From an uncultured Actinomycetota bacterium (GTDB taxonomy: Bacteria > Actinomycetota > Actinomycetes > Mycobacteriales > Mycobacteriaceae): a stretch of DNA of 64,000 nt. Below, piece after piece: positions 43,988-54,802 of this stretch; the first letter of the stretch is position 1; each line of letters starts with the position of its first letter. The stretch lies in contig CAVSXC010000008.1 of the NCBI GenBank assembly GCA_963731715.1, positions 240,312-304,311 on the forward strand, in the 5' to 3' direction. A program made the position numbers and the translations under genes. Below the pieces are notes generated by a model. The model was not told the origin of the DNA. It saw nothing but the letters and a program-made list of their open reading frames with translations, and searched no databases.

Positions 43988-44980
43988 GTGACCGCCGCCC
44001 CCACCGAGCGCCGTAGGCGCATCGGGTCAATGGAGGTCTTGCTCGCCTCGCTCATCGCGCTGGCCTTATCGGCCGGCGCGATGAGTGCTTTCGTGGCGGG
44101 CAACGCGGACGTGAGCGTGGCCGCGACGGTGTTCTGCGGCGTATTCGTCCAGGCCCTGCCCTTCCTGGTGCTGGGTGTGGTGATCAGCGGTCTGATCGCG
44201 GCCTTCGTTTCGGCCGACCGGCTCGCGCGCTGGCTGCCCCGCCGCCCCGCGGTGGCCGTCGCGGTCGCAGGGGTGGGCGGTGCGGCGCTGCCGGGCTGCG
44301 AATGCGGCTCGGTGCCGGTGGCGCGGCGACTGTTCGGTGAGGGCGTCTCGGGCGCGGCCGCGCTGACGTTCATGCTGTCCGCGCCCGCGATCAACCCGGT
44401 GGTGTTGGTGGCGACGGCGGTGGCCTTTCCCGGCCAGCCTGCGATGGTGCTGGCCCGCTGTGTGGCCTCGCTGGTCACCGCGGTCACGATGGGGCTGCTG
44501 TGGCTGCGGTGGGGCCGCGCCGAATGGGTGACCCGACGGCTGCCGACGCCGCACGACACCGACGCGTCCCGCTGGACGGTCTTCACCGAGGCCGCCCGCC
44601 ACGACTTCCTGCAGGCCGCCTCCTACCTGGTGCTCGGCGCCGCAGCCGCCGCCGTACTTCGAGTTGCCGTGCCGCCCTGGGTATTTCAGCACCTCGCCGG
44701 ACACCTCGTGCTCGGCGTGCTGACCATGGCTCTGTTCGCCGTCGTGCTGGCGCTGTGCTCGGAGGCCGACGCGTTCGTCGCCGCGAGCCTGACGATGCTG
44801 CCGCTGCTGCCGCGGCTGGTGTTCCTGGTCGTCGGCCCCGCCGTCGACGTCAAGCTGTCGGCGATGCAGGCGGGGCTGTTCGGCCGCCCGTTCGCGATCC
44901 GGTTCGGGCCAGCGACGTTCGTCGTCGCCACTGTCGTCGCGACCATCGTCGGTCTGGTGTTCCTTGGCGGTGCGCGGTGA
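43988..44980 (+). CDS. DUF318/UPF0718 permease (YcgR-like)
   Basis: QALPFLVLG, PGCECGSVP, SAPAINP, LCSEADAF, GPAVDVK. Confidence 0.85.
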   Translation: MTAAPTERRRRIGSMEVLLASLIALALSAGAMSAFVAGNADVSVAATVFCGVFVQALPFLVLGVVISGLIAAFVSADRLARWLPRRPAVAVAVAGVGGAALPGCECGSVPVARRLFGEGVSGAAALTFMLSAPAINPVVLVATAVAFPGQPAMVLARCVASLVTAVTMGLLWLRWGRAEWVTRRLPTPHDTDASRWTVFTEAARHDFLQAASYLVLGAAAAAVLRVAVPPWVFQHLAGHLVLGVLTMALFAVVLALCSEADAFVAASLTMLPLLPRLVFLVVGPAVDVKLSAMQAGLFGRPFAIRFGPATFVVATVVATIVGLVFLGGAR

Positions 44981-45680
44981 GCCGGGGCACGCAGAACACC
45001 CTGCTGCTGCTCGTCGGGCTGAGCACCGTGGTGATGGTGATCAAGGGCACCTATCTGCACTTCGTGAAGCCGGCGCTGCTGCCGTGGCTGATCGCCGCCG
45101 CCGTCGTGCTGATCGCACTCGCAGTGGCTTCCATCGTGCGCGACCTGCGCCATGAACCTGCCGAGGACGACGGCCATCGGCATCGGCCATGGCTGGTGTG
45201 GCTGCTGTTGGTGCCGATCGCGCTCACCACCTTCGTCGTGCCGCCGCCTCTCGGTGCGCACGGCGCGACGCCTACTGCGGTGGCGGCGACAGAACCGCTC
45301 GCCGTGCGTTTCCGCCGCTGCCCGCGGGCCGCGCACCGACGGTGTCGATTCCCGATGTGGTCATGCGCGCAGCGGCGGATTCCACCAATAGCCTTGGCGG
45401 CCGGTTGATTACCGTCACGGGCTTCACTCTGAAATATCCCGACGGCACCGATCTGGGCCGTGTCGTCATCATCTGCTGCGCCGCGGATGCTCAGCTTGCC
45501 CGCATCCATCTGGCCGGTCCGGCCGTCGCCGAGGCGGCCGGCTATCCGGAGGACACGTGGCTACAGGTGGAGGGCACCGTCGACCCTGCAACGTCCGTGG
45601 CCGCGACGAACTTCATCCCGACGATGGCGGTGTCGAACGTGACGCGCATCGAAAAGCCCGCCAATACCTACGCCTACTAG
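44977..45680 (+). CDS. TIGR03943/DUF1980 membrane protein (YcgQ-like), frameshift near 45295
   Basis: YLHFVKP, His-rich loop [28 protein letters not shown]. Confidence 0.82.
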
Positions 45681-45711
45681 CCCTGTCAGAGCGGCAGCGC
45701 ACGATGGTCGG

Positions 45712-47820
45712 ATGACCGACACCAGCCCGCCGATCGCCACCCACGTCCGGGCCCAGGCGATCCTCGAACAGCTCGCCGGATCCGCGGCGAAGCTTCGTGA
45801 CGACCAGTGGACGGCGATCGAAGCCCTTGTCGTGCAGCGACGGCAGGCCCTGGTGGTGCAGCGCACCGGCTGGGGTAAGTCGGCGGTGTACTTCATCGCC
45901 GCCAAGCTGCTCCGGGAGAGCGGCCACGGGGCGACGGTCATCGTGTCGCCGCTGCTGGCGCTGATGCGTAACCAGGTCGCGGCCGCCGAGCGCGCGGGGG
46001 TTCGCGCGGCCACGATCAACTCGGGCAACGTCACCGAATGGGATGCCATCCATCAGCGGGTTGCCGACGGCGAACTCGACGTGCTGCTGGTGAGTCCGGA
46101 ACGGCTCAACAATCCTGACTTCCGTGACAATGTGCTGCCGTCGCTGGCCGCCGACGCCGGCCTGGTGGTGGTCGACGAGGCTCACTGTGTGTCCGACTGG
46201 GGCCACGACTTCCGGCCGGATTATCGGCGTATCCGCACATTGATCGCCGAATTAGGTTCGGACATACCGGTTTTGGCAACCACAGCCACCGCCAACGACC
46301 GGGTAGTCGACGACGTCGCCACCCAGCTCGGAGTCGGTGGTCGTGACACCCTGGTGCTTCGGGGTGATCTGGACCGCGAGTCGTTGCGCCTGTCGGTTGT
46401 GACGCTGGCCACCGCGCCACAGCGTGCGGCTTGGGTTGCTGCGCAACTCGATTCGATCGAGGGGTCGGGCATTATGTACACCCTCACCGTCGCCACCGCC
46501 CATGACATCGCGGCCCTGCTGCGCGACCGGGGCCACAAGGTTGCGGCCTACACCGGCGCGACGGATCCCGCCGAACGCGAGCAGTTGGAGGCCGACCTAC
46601 TCGACAACCGCGTCAAGGCGCTGGTTGCCACGTCGGCGCTCGGCATGGGATTCGACAAACCCGACCTCGGCTTCGTCATCCATGTCGGTGCCCCATCCTC
46701 GCCGATCGCGTACTACCAGCAGGTCGGGCGTGCCGGCCGAGCCACCGCCAGCGCCGAGGTCATTCTGCTGCCCGGCCACGAGGACCAGGACATCTGGCGC
46801 TATTTCGCATCGGTGGCCTTTCCCTCAGAACTGCTGGTGCGCAAGGTCATCGGCGTGCTCGAGCCCGATCGCCCGCAGTCGACACCGGCTCTGGAACCCC
46901 TCGTCGACTTGGGCCGCTCCCGCCTGGAGATGGTGCTCAAGGTGCTCGATGTGGACGGTGCGGTGCGGCGGGTGAAAGGGGGCTGGATCAGTACCGGGCA
47001 ACCGTGGACGTACGACGAACCGCGTTACCGAAAGCTCGATGAGGCCCGCCGCCGCGAACAGCAGTCCATGCTGGACTACCAGAGCACTTCCGAGTGTCGA
47101 ATGGTTTTCCTGCGTGGACAATTGGACGATCCCGAGCTGACCGAAGGCGCCCGTTGCGGACGTTGCGACAACTGCGGGGGCGCACGGTACAGCGCCGAGG
47201 TCGATTCAGCCGCGCTTGATGCCGCCCGCGACCGCTTGCAGCGACCGGGGGTCGAACTGACGCCGCGCAAGCAGTGGCCGTCGGGCATGGACAAGCTGGG
47301 CGTGGAACTGAGCGGCCGGATCAACGACGGGCCATCGGTGGGCCGGACGATCGGGCGGCTGACCGATCTCGGCTGGGGCGCACGGCTGAAGCGGCTGTTG
47401 GATGAACCGGATGGTCCCGTGCCTCCCGAGGTGCTGCGCGCTGCCGTCGCGGTGCTGGCCGCGTGGCAATGGGAGACCCGGCCGACCGCGGTCATGGGTC
47501 TGGATTCGCTGACCCATCCCTTGTTGATCGGCTCGGTGGTGGATGGGCTTTCCCAGCTCGGCCGGCTGGCCAACCTGGGGACACTGCGAGTACGCGCCCG
47601 GCCGTCGACCCGTGACAGCGGCGAACTCCGCCTACCGTGTTGCCGCGCTGGACAATTCGTGGTCGGAACCCGATCCGTCGGCCTTGGCTGAGGTGGGCGG
47701 CCCGGTGCTGTTGGTCGACGATGTCACCGACACCGGTTGGACGATGACAATGGCCGCCCGGGGGCTGCGGCGTGCCGGGGCGCCGGAGGTACTGCCTTTC
47801 ACCCTGGCCAGGTCAGCTAG
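45712..47820 (+). CDS. recQ: RecQ-family DNA helicase with C-terminal PRTase-like domain (frameshifts near 47590 and 47810)
   Basis: [43 protein letters not shown]; VLLVDD...TGWT in the next frame. Confidence 0.88.
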
Positions 47821-48724
47821 CCCGAGCCGGTTTCACACCGCCCAGCTGTGTGGTGACCGCGTCGGCCGTCGCCACCAATGCACGCGCTCGTTCGGTGATC
47901 TCGTTGTCCGTCAACGACTTTCCGATATGCATCGACGCGACCATGACCTGACGTTGGTAGTGGTCGTAGACCGGCGCGGAGATCACGCTGATGTCATGGC
48001 GGGCGCGCCCGCGCGAGTTCTCGTCGCGCAGATACACCCGCTCGCCGATGTCGGACACCAATTCGCCAAGCAGCGCGCGCAGCTCGTCGGGCAGGTTGCT
48101 CGACATGCCCGCCATCAACGAATACAGCCTGCGCCCGCCAGGGGTCAGGCGTTCGACGAGATAACCGTCGGCGCGGCACGCCGCGATCACCCGGTTGAGC
48201 CGCTCGCTGTTCGTCCGCAGCGGGAGGGTCGGCTCCTTGGCGAGCCAGTTGCGCTCCGCCTCGTCGTCCCACAGCACGAACATCAATCCGACTGGTGGCG
48301 CGAAGGGGTAACTCTGGCCGACCTCCACGCCTGGACTCGCGCCTGCGGGCGCCACCAGGTCCAGCAGCGTGATCCGGTCGTCGATCACCCCCGACAGGGC
48401 CGCCGTGACCCCGAAGCGCGCGGACAGCCGGCGCAGCTCCTCGCGGGCCGCTGGGCTGACCCGCATCGATTCCTGCGCCTTGTGTCCAAGGGTGATCAGC
48501 GACGGACCCAGCCGGTAGGTCTTGTCGCCGCCGTCGCGCACCAGGTAGCCGGCGTCGGTGAGCGACGTGACGATGCCAAGGCAGGTCGGCTTGCTCAGCC
48601 CCAGCCTGCGGGCCAGGTCGGAAAGCCCGAAACGCTCCTCTGGGCGCCCCGCGAGATAGTCAAGGATGCGCACCACGCGTTCGGTCGGCGGCGACGCGCG
48701 GCCTGCGGAGTCTGGGGCGGACAC
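47813..48724 (-). CDS. IclR-family transcriptional regulator
   Basis: SPPTERVVRIL...LSDLARRLGLSKPTCLGIV HTH; ISAPVYD; GTG 48724 is 6 nt after TACGCT. Confidence 0.85.
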   Translation of the reverse strand: MSAPDSAGRASPPTERVVRILDYLAGRPEERFGLSDLARRLGLSKPTCLGIVTSLTDAGYLVRDGGDKTYRLGPSLITLGHKAQESMRVSPAAREELRRLSARFGVTAALSGVIDDRITLLDLVAPAGASPGVEVGQSYPFAPPVGLMFVLWDDEAERNWLAKEPTLPLRTNSERLNRVIAACRADGYLVERLTPGGRRLYSLMAGMSSNLPDELRALLGELVSDIGERVYLRDENSRGRARHDISVISAPVYDHYQRQVMVASMHIGKSLTDNEITERARALVATADAVTTQLGGVKPARAS

Positions 48725-48748
48725 TCGAGCAGCGTACATCGTCGTTCC

Positions 48749-48775
48749 ATATATGGACCGCTGCGGTCGATATAT
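48749..48775. promoter_or_regulatory. 27-bp near-perfect palindrome, putative IclR operator
   Basis: ATATATGGACCGC-T-GCGGTCGATATAT (12 of 13 pairs complementary) upstream of the IclR gene. Confidence 0.6.
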
Positions 48776-48785
48776 TGACTCTTGC

Positions 48786-48799
48786 TAGAACACGTTCTA
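48786..48799. promoter_or_regulatory. KstR operator upstream of the Rv3531c ortholog
   Basis: TAGAACACGTTCTA matches TnnAACnnGTTnnA. Confidence 0.9.
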
Positions 48800-48810
48800 G
48801 TTTCAAAGGC

Positions 48811-49940
48811 GTGTACTCGCAGCCAATGATCGACGCGATCGCCGAGGCGGAGAAGCTCGTCGCCGAGGCCCCTTTCATCGAATCCGAAGCCGACCTGCTG
48901 GAGGGCCTGCAGTACCTCGCAGGCTGCATCGCGGCATGCACGCACGTGGCGTTCGACTACGAGCGTGAACACCCGTTCCTGCACAGCGGCACCGGGCCGT
49001 TCACCAAGATGGGCCTGGACAACCCCGACACGCTGTACTTCGGAACCCGCGTGCTGCCCGGGCACGACTATGTGGTGACCGGCAAGCGCGGCACGACAAC
49101 GGACGTGAGCTTCCAGCTGCTCGGCGGTGAGTACACCGACAACGTGGTGCCCGACAGCGAGACGGCGTTTGACGATCAGGAAACTCGACATCGCGGCCGA
49201 CGGCAGCTTCGAGTGGCGATTCCGCCCGGAAACGCCCTCCCAGCTGGTGATCCGCGAGGTCTACAACGACTGGTCGGCGCAGCGTGGCTCATTCGCCATC
49301 AAGCGACTCGACACCACGGGCACCGCGCCGCCGCCGCTGACCCGGCAGCTGATCGAAAAGCGTTATGCCACAGCGGGCAAGCAGCTGGTGCAGCGGGTCA
49401 AGACGTGGCTGCAGTTTCCGCAGTGGTTCTACGACAACCTTCCGGTCAACACGTTGGTGGCGCCTCGGCTGACCCCGGGCGGGCTGGCAACGCAGTACTC
49501 GTCCGTCGGCCACTTCGACCTGACGCCCGACCAGGCGATGGTGATCACGCTGCCCGTGACCGACGCGCCGTACCTCGGCTTCCAGCTCGGCAGCCTCTGG
49601 TACATCTCGCTGGACTACATCAACCACCAGACGTCATTGAACGGCACTCAGGCGCAAGCCGATCCGGACGGCAAGATCCGCATCGTGGTCGCCGACCGCA
49701 ACCCCGGCGTCACCAACTGGGTGGAGACGCTCGGGCACGCCAAGGGTTACCTGCAGTTCCGGTGGCAGCGGGTGTCGCGTGAGCTCACCGAGGCCGACGG
49801 CCCAACCGCGGAACTGGTCGACTTCGAGAAGATCGCGGCGTCGCTGCCGTACTACGAACAGAACAAGATTTCCGAAGAAGACTGGCGTGCGCGAATTGCC
49901 GAGCGCCAGATACAAATTGGACAACAGGATGGTGGGGTAG
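48811..49940 (+). CDS. Rv3531c ortholog (DUF1214-like), frameshifts near 49175 and 49920
   Basis: DLLEGLQYLAG, KMGLDNPDTLY, LGSLWYISLDY, NPGVTNWVET; synteny. Confidence 0.82.
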
Positions 49941-49943
49941 CGA

Positions 49944-50726
49944 ATGGCCGGCTTGCTGGACAACAAGGTCGTGGTGATCAGCGGTGTGGGTCCTGCCCTT
50001 GGCACCACGCTCGCGCGGCGATGCGCCGAGGCGGGCGCGGACCTGGTGCTGGCCGCGCGCACGGTGGAACGTCTCGAGGACGTCGCCAAGCAGATCACCG
50101 ACACGGGGCGTCGCGCGGTGTCGGTCGGTACCGACATCACGGACGAGGAGCAGGTCAACAACCTCATCTCCGAATCGCTCAAGGCGTACGGCAGGGTCGA
50201 TGTGCTGATCAACAACGCGTTCCGGGTGCCGTCGATGAAACCCTTCGCCAACACGACGTTCGAACACATCCGCGAGACGATCGAACTCACCGTGCTCGGC
50301 GCGCTGCGGCTGATCCAGGGCTTCACGCCTGCGCTCGCCGAGTCGAACGGCTCGATCGTCAACGTCAACTCGATGGTGGTACGGCACTCCGAGCCCAAGC
50401 AGGGCGCCTACAAGATGGCCAAGTCGGCGTTGCTCGCGATGTCGCAGTCGCTGGCCAGCGAGCTCGGCCCGCAGGGCATCCGGGTGAACTCCGTACTGCC
50501 GGGCTACATCTGGGGCGGCACGCTGAAGGGCTACTTCGAACACCAGGCCGGCAAGTACGGCACCACCGTCGAAGAGATCTACAACGCGGCCGCGATCAAC
50601 AGCGACCTCAAGCGGCTGCCGACCGAGGAGGAAGTCGCGTCGGCGATCCTGTTCATGGCCAGCGATCTGTCCAGCGGCATCACCGGGCAGTCCCTGGACG
50701 TCAATTGCGGGGAATACAAGGCCTGA
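49944..50726 (+). CDS. SDR oxidoreductase (Rv3530c ortholog)
   Basis: SGVGPALG, NNAF, YKMAK. Confidence 0.88.
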   Translation: MAGLLDNKVVVISGVGPALGTTLARRCAEAGADLVLAARTVERLEDVAKQITDTGRRAVSVGTDITDEEQVNNLISESLKAYGRVDVLINNAFRVPSMKPFANTTFEHIRETIELTVLGALRLIQGFTPALAESNGSIVNVNSMVVRHSEPKQGAYKMAKSALLAMSQSLASELGPQGIRVNSVLPGYIWGGTLKGYFEHQAGKYGTTVEEIYNAAAINSDLKRLPTEEEVASAILFMASDLSSGITGQSLDVNCGEYKA

Positions 50727-51877
50727 TGAGCTCGCTCGAACCGATGTCGGCACCGTCGAGGACCTGCACGCCTCGGCCGTCAAGGCCTGCGGGCTCGACG
50801 ATTTCGGTGTCGACGACGACAACTACCGCGAAGCCCTCGGGCGTGCTGCTGGAGTCGTTCCAGCGCGACGCCGATCTGACCGAACTCGGCAGCAAGATGA
50901 ATCGGTTCTTCGTGCGCAACGCGCTCGTCGCCCGGCTGGTGTCCGAAGCGGCGTGGAAGCAGTATCCGCAGCACGCCGATGTGACCATCGAGCGGCCGAT
51001 CTTCGTCACCGGATCTGCCTCGCACCGGCACCACTGCGCTGCACCGGCTGTTGAGCGCCGATCCGCGGCATCAGGGTCTTGAGCTGTGGCTGGCCGAATT
51101 CCCGCAGCCGCGGCCGCCGCGCGAAACCTGGTCGGAGAACCCGGTTTTCCAGCAACTCGATGCGCAGTTCACCAAGGCGCACAATGAGAACCCGGACTAC
51201 ACCGGGCTGCACTACATGACCGCCGACGATGTCGAGGAGTGCTGGCAGCTGCTGCGGCAGTCGTTGCATTCGGTGTCCTACGAGACGCTGGCGCATCTGC
51301 CCACCTACTCGCGGTGGCTGGCCCAGCAGGACTGGACGAGGCCGTATCAGTGCGGCACCGCAAGAACCTTCAGCTGATCGGGCTGAACGACGCCGAGAAG
51401 CGGTGGGTGCTGAAGAACCCCAGCCACCTGTTCGCGCTCGACGCGGTGTTCGCGACGTATCCCGACGCGCTGGTGATCCAGTGCCACCGGCCCGCCGAGA
51501 CCATCATGGCGTCGATGTGCTCGCTGGCGCAGCACACCACGGAGGGCTGGTCCAACACGTTCGTCGGCGCGACGATCGGCGAGGACTCACTGGAGACGTG
51601 GTCGCGCGGCCTGGAGCTGTTCAATGCCGAACGGGCCAAACATAATTCGGCCCAGTTCTACGACATGGACTACTTCGACTTCATCGCCGATCCGGTCCGC
51701 GAGGTCGAGGCGATCTACCGCCACTTCGGCATCGACTTCACCGACGCGGCCCGCGCGGCCGCGGAGGAGACCCACGCCGAAAGCAAGAAGGGTCCCGCGC
51801 GCCCAAAGCACACGTACTCGCTGGCCGACTACGGCCTGACCGACGAGCAGGTCAAGGAGCGCTTCAAGGGGCTGTGA
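50726..51877 (+). CDS. Sulfotransferase (Rv3529c ortholog), several frameshifts
   Basis: RPIFVTG-LPRTGTT PAPS loop split by a frameshift; RWVLKNPSH; QCHR...SMCS. Confidence 0.82.
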
Positions 51878-51888
51878 GCTTGCTCGGC

Positions 51889-52543
51889 TCACGCCGTCGT
51901 ATTGGCCAGCTTCTCAATCCGTTTCAACGCATCCCGAGCAAGCGACAGCACGTCGTAGCCATTCGTGGGTCCACACGTAGAGATCCTGATGGCCGCATTG
52001 TGCGCGGCGACAAAGGCGTTGTCACAGGCCCAGCCAACGCTGTCGAAGGACCAGAGCACGATGTCCGGTGAACCGGAATTCACCTGGGGCAGAAGCGTTG
52101 AAGTGGTATTCGCGGCCTCGCATGTCGATGACCGTGAACGGAACATCACGGCAGGATTCGATCGTGCGCTTTGCCTCCGCGACCGCGCGCTTCGGGTCGA
52201 AGTTGGCGTGATAGACGCCGGCCGCCTCGTCGACGACCACGTGCCGCCCCTCGTCGGATACCCAATGCCCACCATCGGTTGCCGCCGGGTCGAGGTCGAA
52301 GATGAGTGGTGGATCCACCTCGAGCGCCATGCCGCTGCAGTCTTCTGGTTCAACGGTGATGAACAGATTGCCGTCCTTGTCTTGGACACTCGCGCTCAAC
52401 AGGTCTGGAACCTGCAGCACGGTAATGGGCGCGACCGGCGACTCTGGCCTCGGCTGCGGCGTGTCAACGACTCGCGTGCAGCCTCCGAGAACGAAGCCGA
52501 GCACTAGCGCTAATGCGCTAGCCGTCGCCGGGGGAGGGCGCAC
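51889..52543 (-). CDS. Lipoprotein with PknH-like extracellular sensor domain (frameshifts; start approximate)
   Basis: Lipobox LGGC-TRVVD; EPEDCSG, TIESCR, WACDNAF, ISTCG. Confidence 0.6.
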
Positions 52544-52989
52544 TGGAGACTTCTTCCAAACACCCTTCGGCCACAGCGTGTTTGATGCTGTCGGCGAGCT
52601 TCGGGCACGACCTTGGCGCGGGCGGACTCGCCGCCGGACTGCCGGATCTCGGTGAAGTACGCGCAGCGCTGGGAGGCTTCGGCGTTCCACTGCACGGACG
52701 TGTGCCCGGGGCCGAGCTTCTTGACCTGAACCGCGACGTGACAGAACCGGCAGTCGACGGACACCAGCCCGGAGGTCAGGTATCGCTCGCGGTCACGCTG
52801 CGTGGCTTCCCGCACCGCGGCGGCGCGATCGGGGTCGGACGCGAAATTCGGTGCCTCGGAAAAACTCCGAGTACGAATCTCCGTATTTTCATCGTGACCG
52901 TGGTCGTCGTGATCGTCGTGTGCGCCGTAGAGCCTCAGCATCGACCGGGCCAGCTGGTCGACGTCTGGGGCTTCCTCGCGCGCGGTCAT
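52518..52989 (-). CDS. Rv3527 ortholog (His/Cys-rich protein), frameshift near 52612
   Basis: DQLARSML...HDDHDDHGHD...DRERYLTSGLVSVDCRFC; directly downstream of kshA. Confidence 0.78.
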
Positions 52990-54151
52990 CACGAAACCTG
53001 AGTCGGCTGTCCTTCTGATTTCTCCTCGGCCTGCTTCTTGAGGTTCTCCTCGACCTCGACGTGCCACTTCTCGTTGGCCGCGGTGGTGTCGATCTCGATC
53101 TCGAAGCGGTCGGTCATATCCGGGGAGACGTCGGCCACGTCCACGTAGAACTGCTGATACCAGCGACGCATCTGATAGACGGCGCCATCCTCCTCGACCA
53201 GCAGCGGATTGTCGATGCGCGTCTTGTGCTTCCAGATCTCGACGTCCTGCAGGAAGCCCTTGCTGACGCCGTCGGTGAACACCCGGGCAAGCTTCTCGGT
53301 GGTCTCCTCGTCGAGGCCCTTCGGCTTCTCGACGATGACGCCCCACTGCAGCATGAAGGAGTTCTGGGTCACCGGGTAGTGGCAGTTGATCAGGATCGAC
53401 TCGGCCTTGAAACCGCCGTAGCTGTTGTGCAGCCAGTTGATCATGAACGACGGGCCGAAGTACGACGCCTCGGAATCGAGATGCGCCTCACCGTAGGACG
53501 TGCCCAGATCGTTGACATCGGGGCGACCGACGTTGTGCAGGTACTGCGACGCGATGTGGCCCTCGAACACATTCTTGAAGTACGTCGGCAGACCGAAATG
53601 GATGTAGAAGAAGTGCGCCATGTCGGTGACGTTGTCGATGATGTCGCGGCAGTTGGAGCCCTCGATCAGGATCGAGTTCCAGCGCCAGTCGGTCCACTCG
53701 TCGCTGGCGGACTCCGGAATATCCGGGATCTGGACCTCGGGCTGCGGCGGGTTGCCCTCATGGTCGTGCCAGACGAACAACAGGCCGCCGCGGACGTCGG
53801 TATGTCCACGCGCGCGTGCGTGCCAGCCGCGGCGTGCGCTTGGCGTAGGGCACCAGCTTGCACTTGCCGTCGCCGCCCCAGCGCCAGTCGTGGAATGGGC
53901 AGGCGACTCTCGTCGCCCTTGATGGTGCCCTGAGCGAGGTTTCCGCCCATGTGCCTGCAGTACCCGTCCAGCACCTTGACGTCGCCATGGGAGTCGGCGA
54001 AGACCACCAGCATGGTGCCGAAAATCTCGATGCCGTGCGGCTTGCCGTCCAGGTAGTCCTTCACCGGGCCAAGGCAGTGCCAGCCGCGCGCGTACCTGTC
54101 CGGCAGGGCGCCGGTGTCGATCTCGCGAATGCCTGCGGTTTCGGTGCTCAC
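52989..54151 (-). CDS. kshA: 3-ketosteroid 9alpha-hydroxylase oxygenase KshA (frameshifts near 53910 and 53800)
   Basis: Rieske CRHMG...CPFHDW; DNVTDMAHFFYIH; FLQDVEIW. Confidence 0.93.
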
Positions 54152-54181
54152 CTCGAGGCCTCCCAATCTGTGCTCTCTAAC

Positions 54182-54195
54182 TAGAACACGTTACA
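54182..54195. promoter_or_regulatory. KstR operator upstream of kshA
   Basis: TAGAACACGTTACA matches TnnAACnnGTTnnA. Confidence 0.9.
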
Positions 54196-54251
54196 GTTTT
54201 TGCCTCCCTTCGCGCAATCTAAACGCGTTTTACCTGCGGTATATCTAGACG

Positions 54252-54781
54252 ATGCCGTTGTACTCATTTGAGGGCCGTTCACCGACGATCGATCAAGGCG
54301 CGTTCATCGCCCCAACAGCGACGCTGATCGGCGACGTTCACGTCGAGGCGGGCGCGTCGGTGTGGTTCAACGCCGTGCATTCGGGCCGATTTCGCCCCGA
54401 TCATCGTCCGTCAGGGCGCGAACGTGCAGGACTGCTGCGTGCTGCACGCACCACCGGGAATCCCCGTCGACGTCGGCCCTGGTGCAACGATCGCGCACGG
54501 CTGCGTGGTGCACGGGGTGCATATCGGTGCCCAGGCCGTGCTCGCCAACCACTGCACCGTGCTCGACGGCGCGGTGATCGGCGTCGCGCAGCCTGATCGC
54601 CGCCCACTCGCTGGTCGTCGGCGGCACGAAGATCCCCGACGAGGTGGTGGTGACAGGGTCGCCGGCCAAGGTGCGGGGCCCGATCGCGGGTACCGGGGCG
54701 CAGATGTGGGTGGACACCAATCCCGGCGCGTATCAGGACCTGGCCAGCCGCTATATGTCCGGACTGCAGCCAATTACCTAG
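54252..54781 (+). CDS. Gamma carbonic anhydrase/hexapeptide-repeat protein (Rv3525c ortholog), frameshifted
   Basis: MPLYSFEGRSP...ASVWFNAV; NVQDCCVLH...ATIAHGCVVHG. Confidence 0.82.
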
Positions 54782-54802
54782 CCGTCGCCGTACCGTATCG
54801 AC

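Noticed and set aside
45712-47820. RecQ as part of a defence or novel DNA-processing system
   Set aside because: Ordinary actinobacterial RecQ-PRTase architecture with no neighbouring nuclease, DprA or methylase gene.
49127-51082. 651-aa ORF spanning Rv3531c, SDR and sulfotransferase
   Set aside because: Frameshift artefact crossing three recognisable genes.
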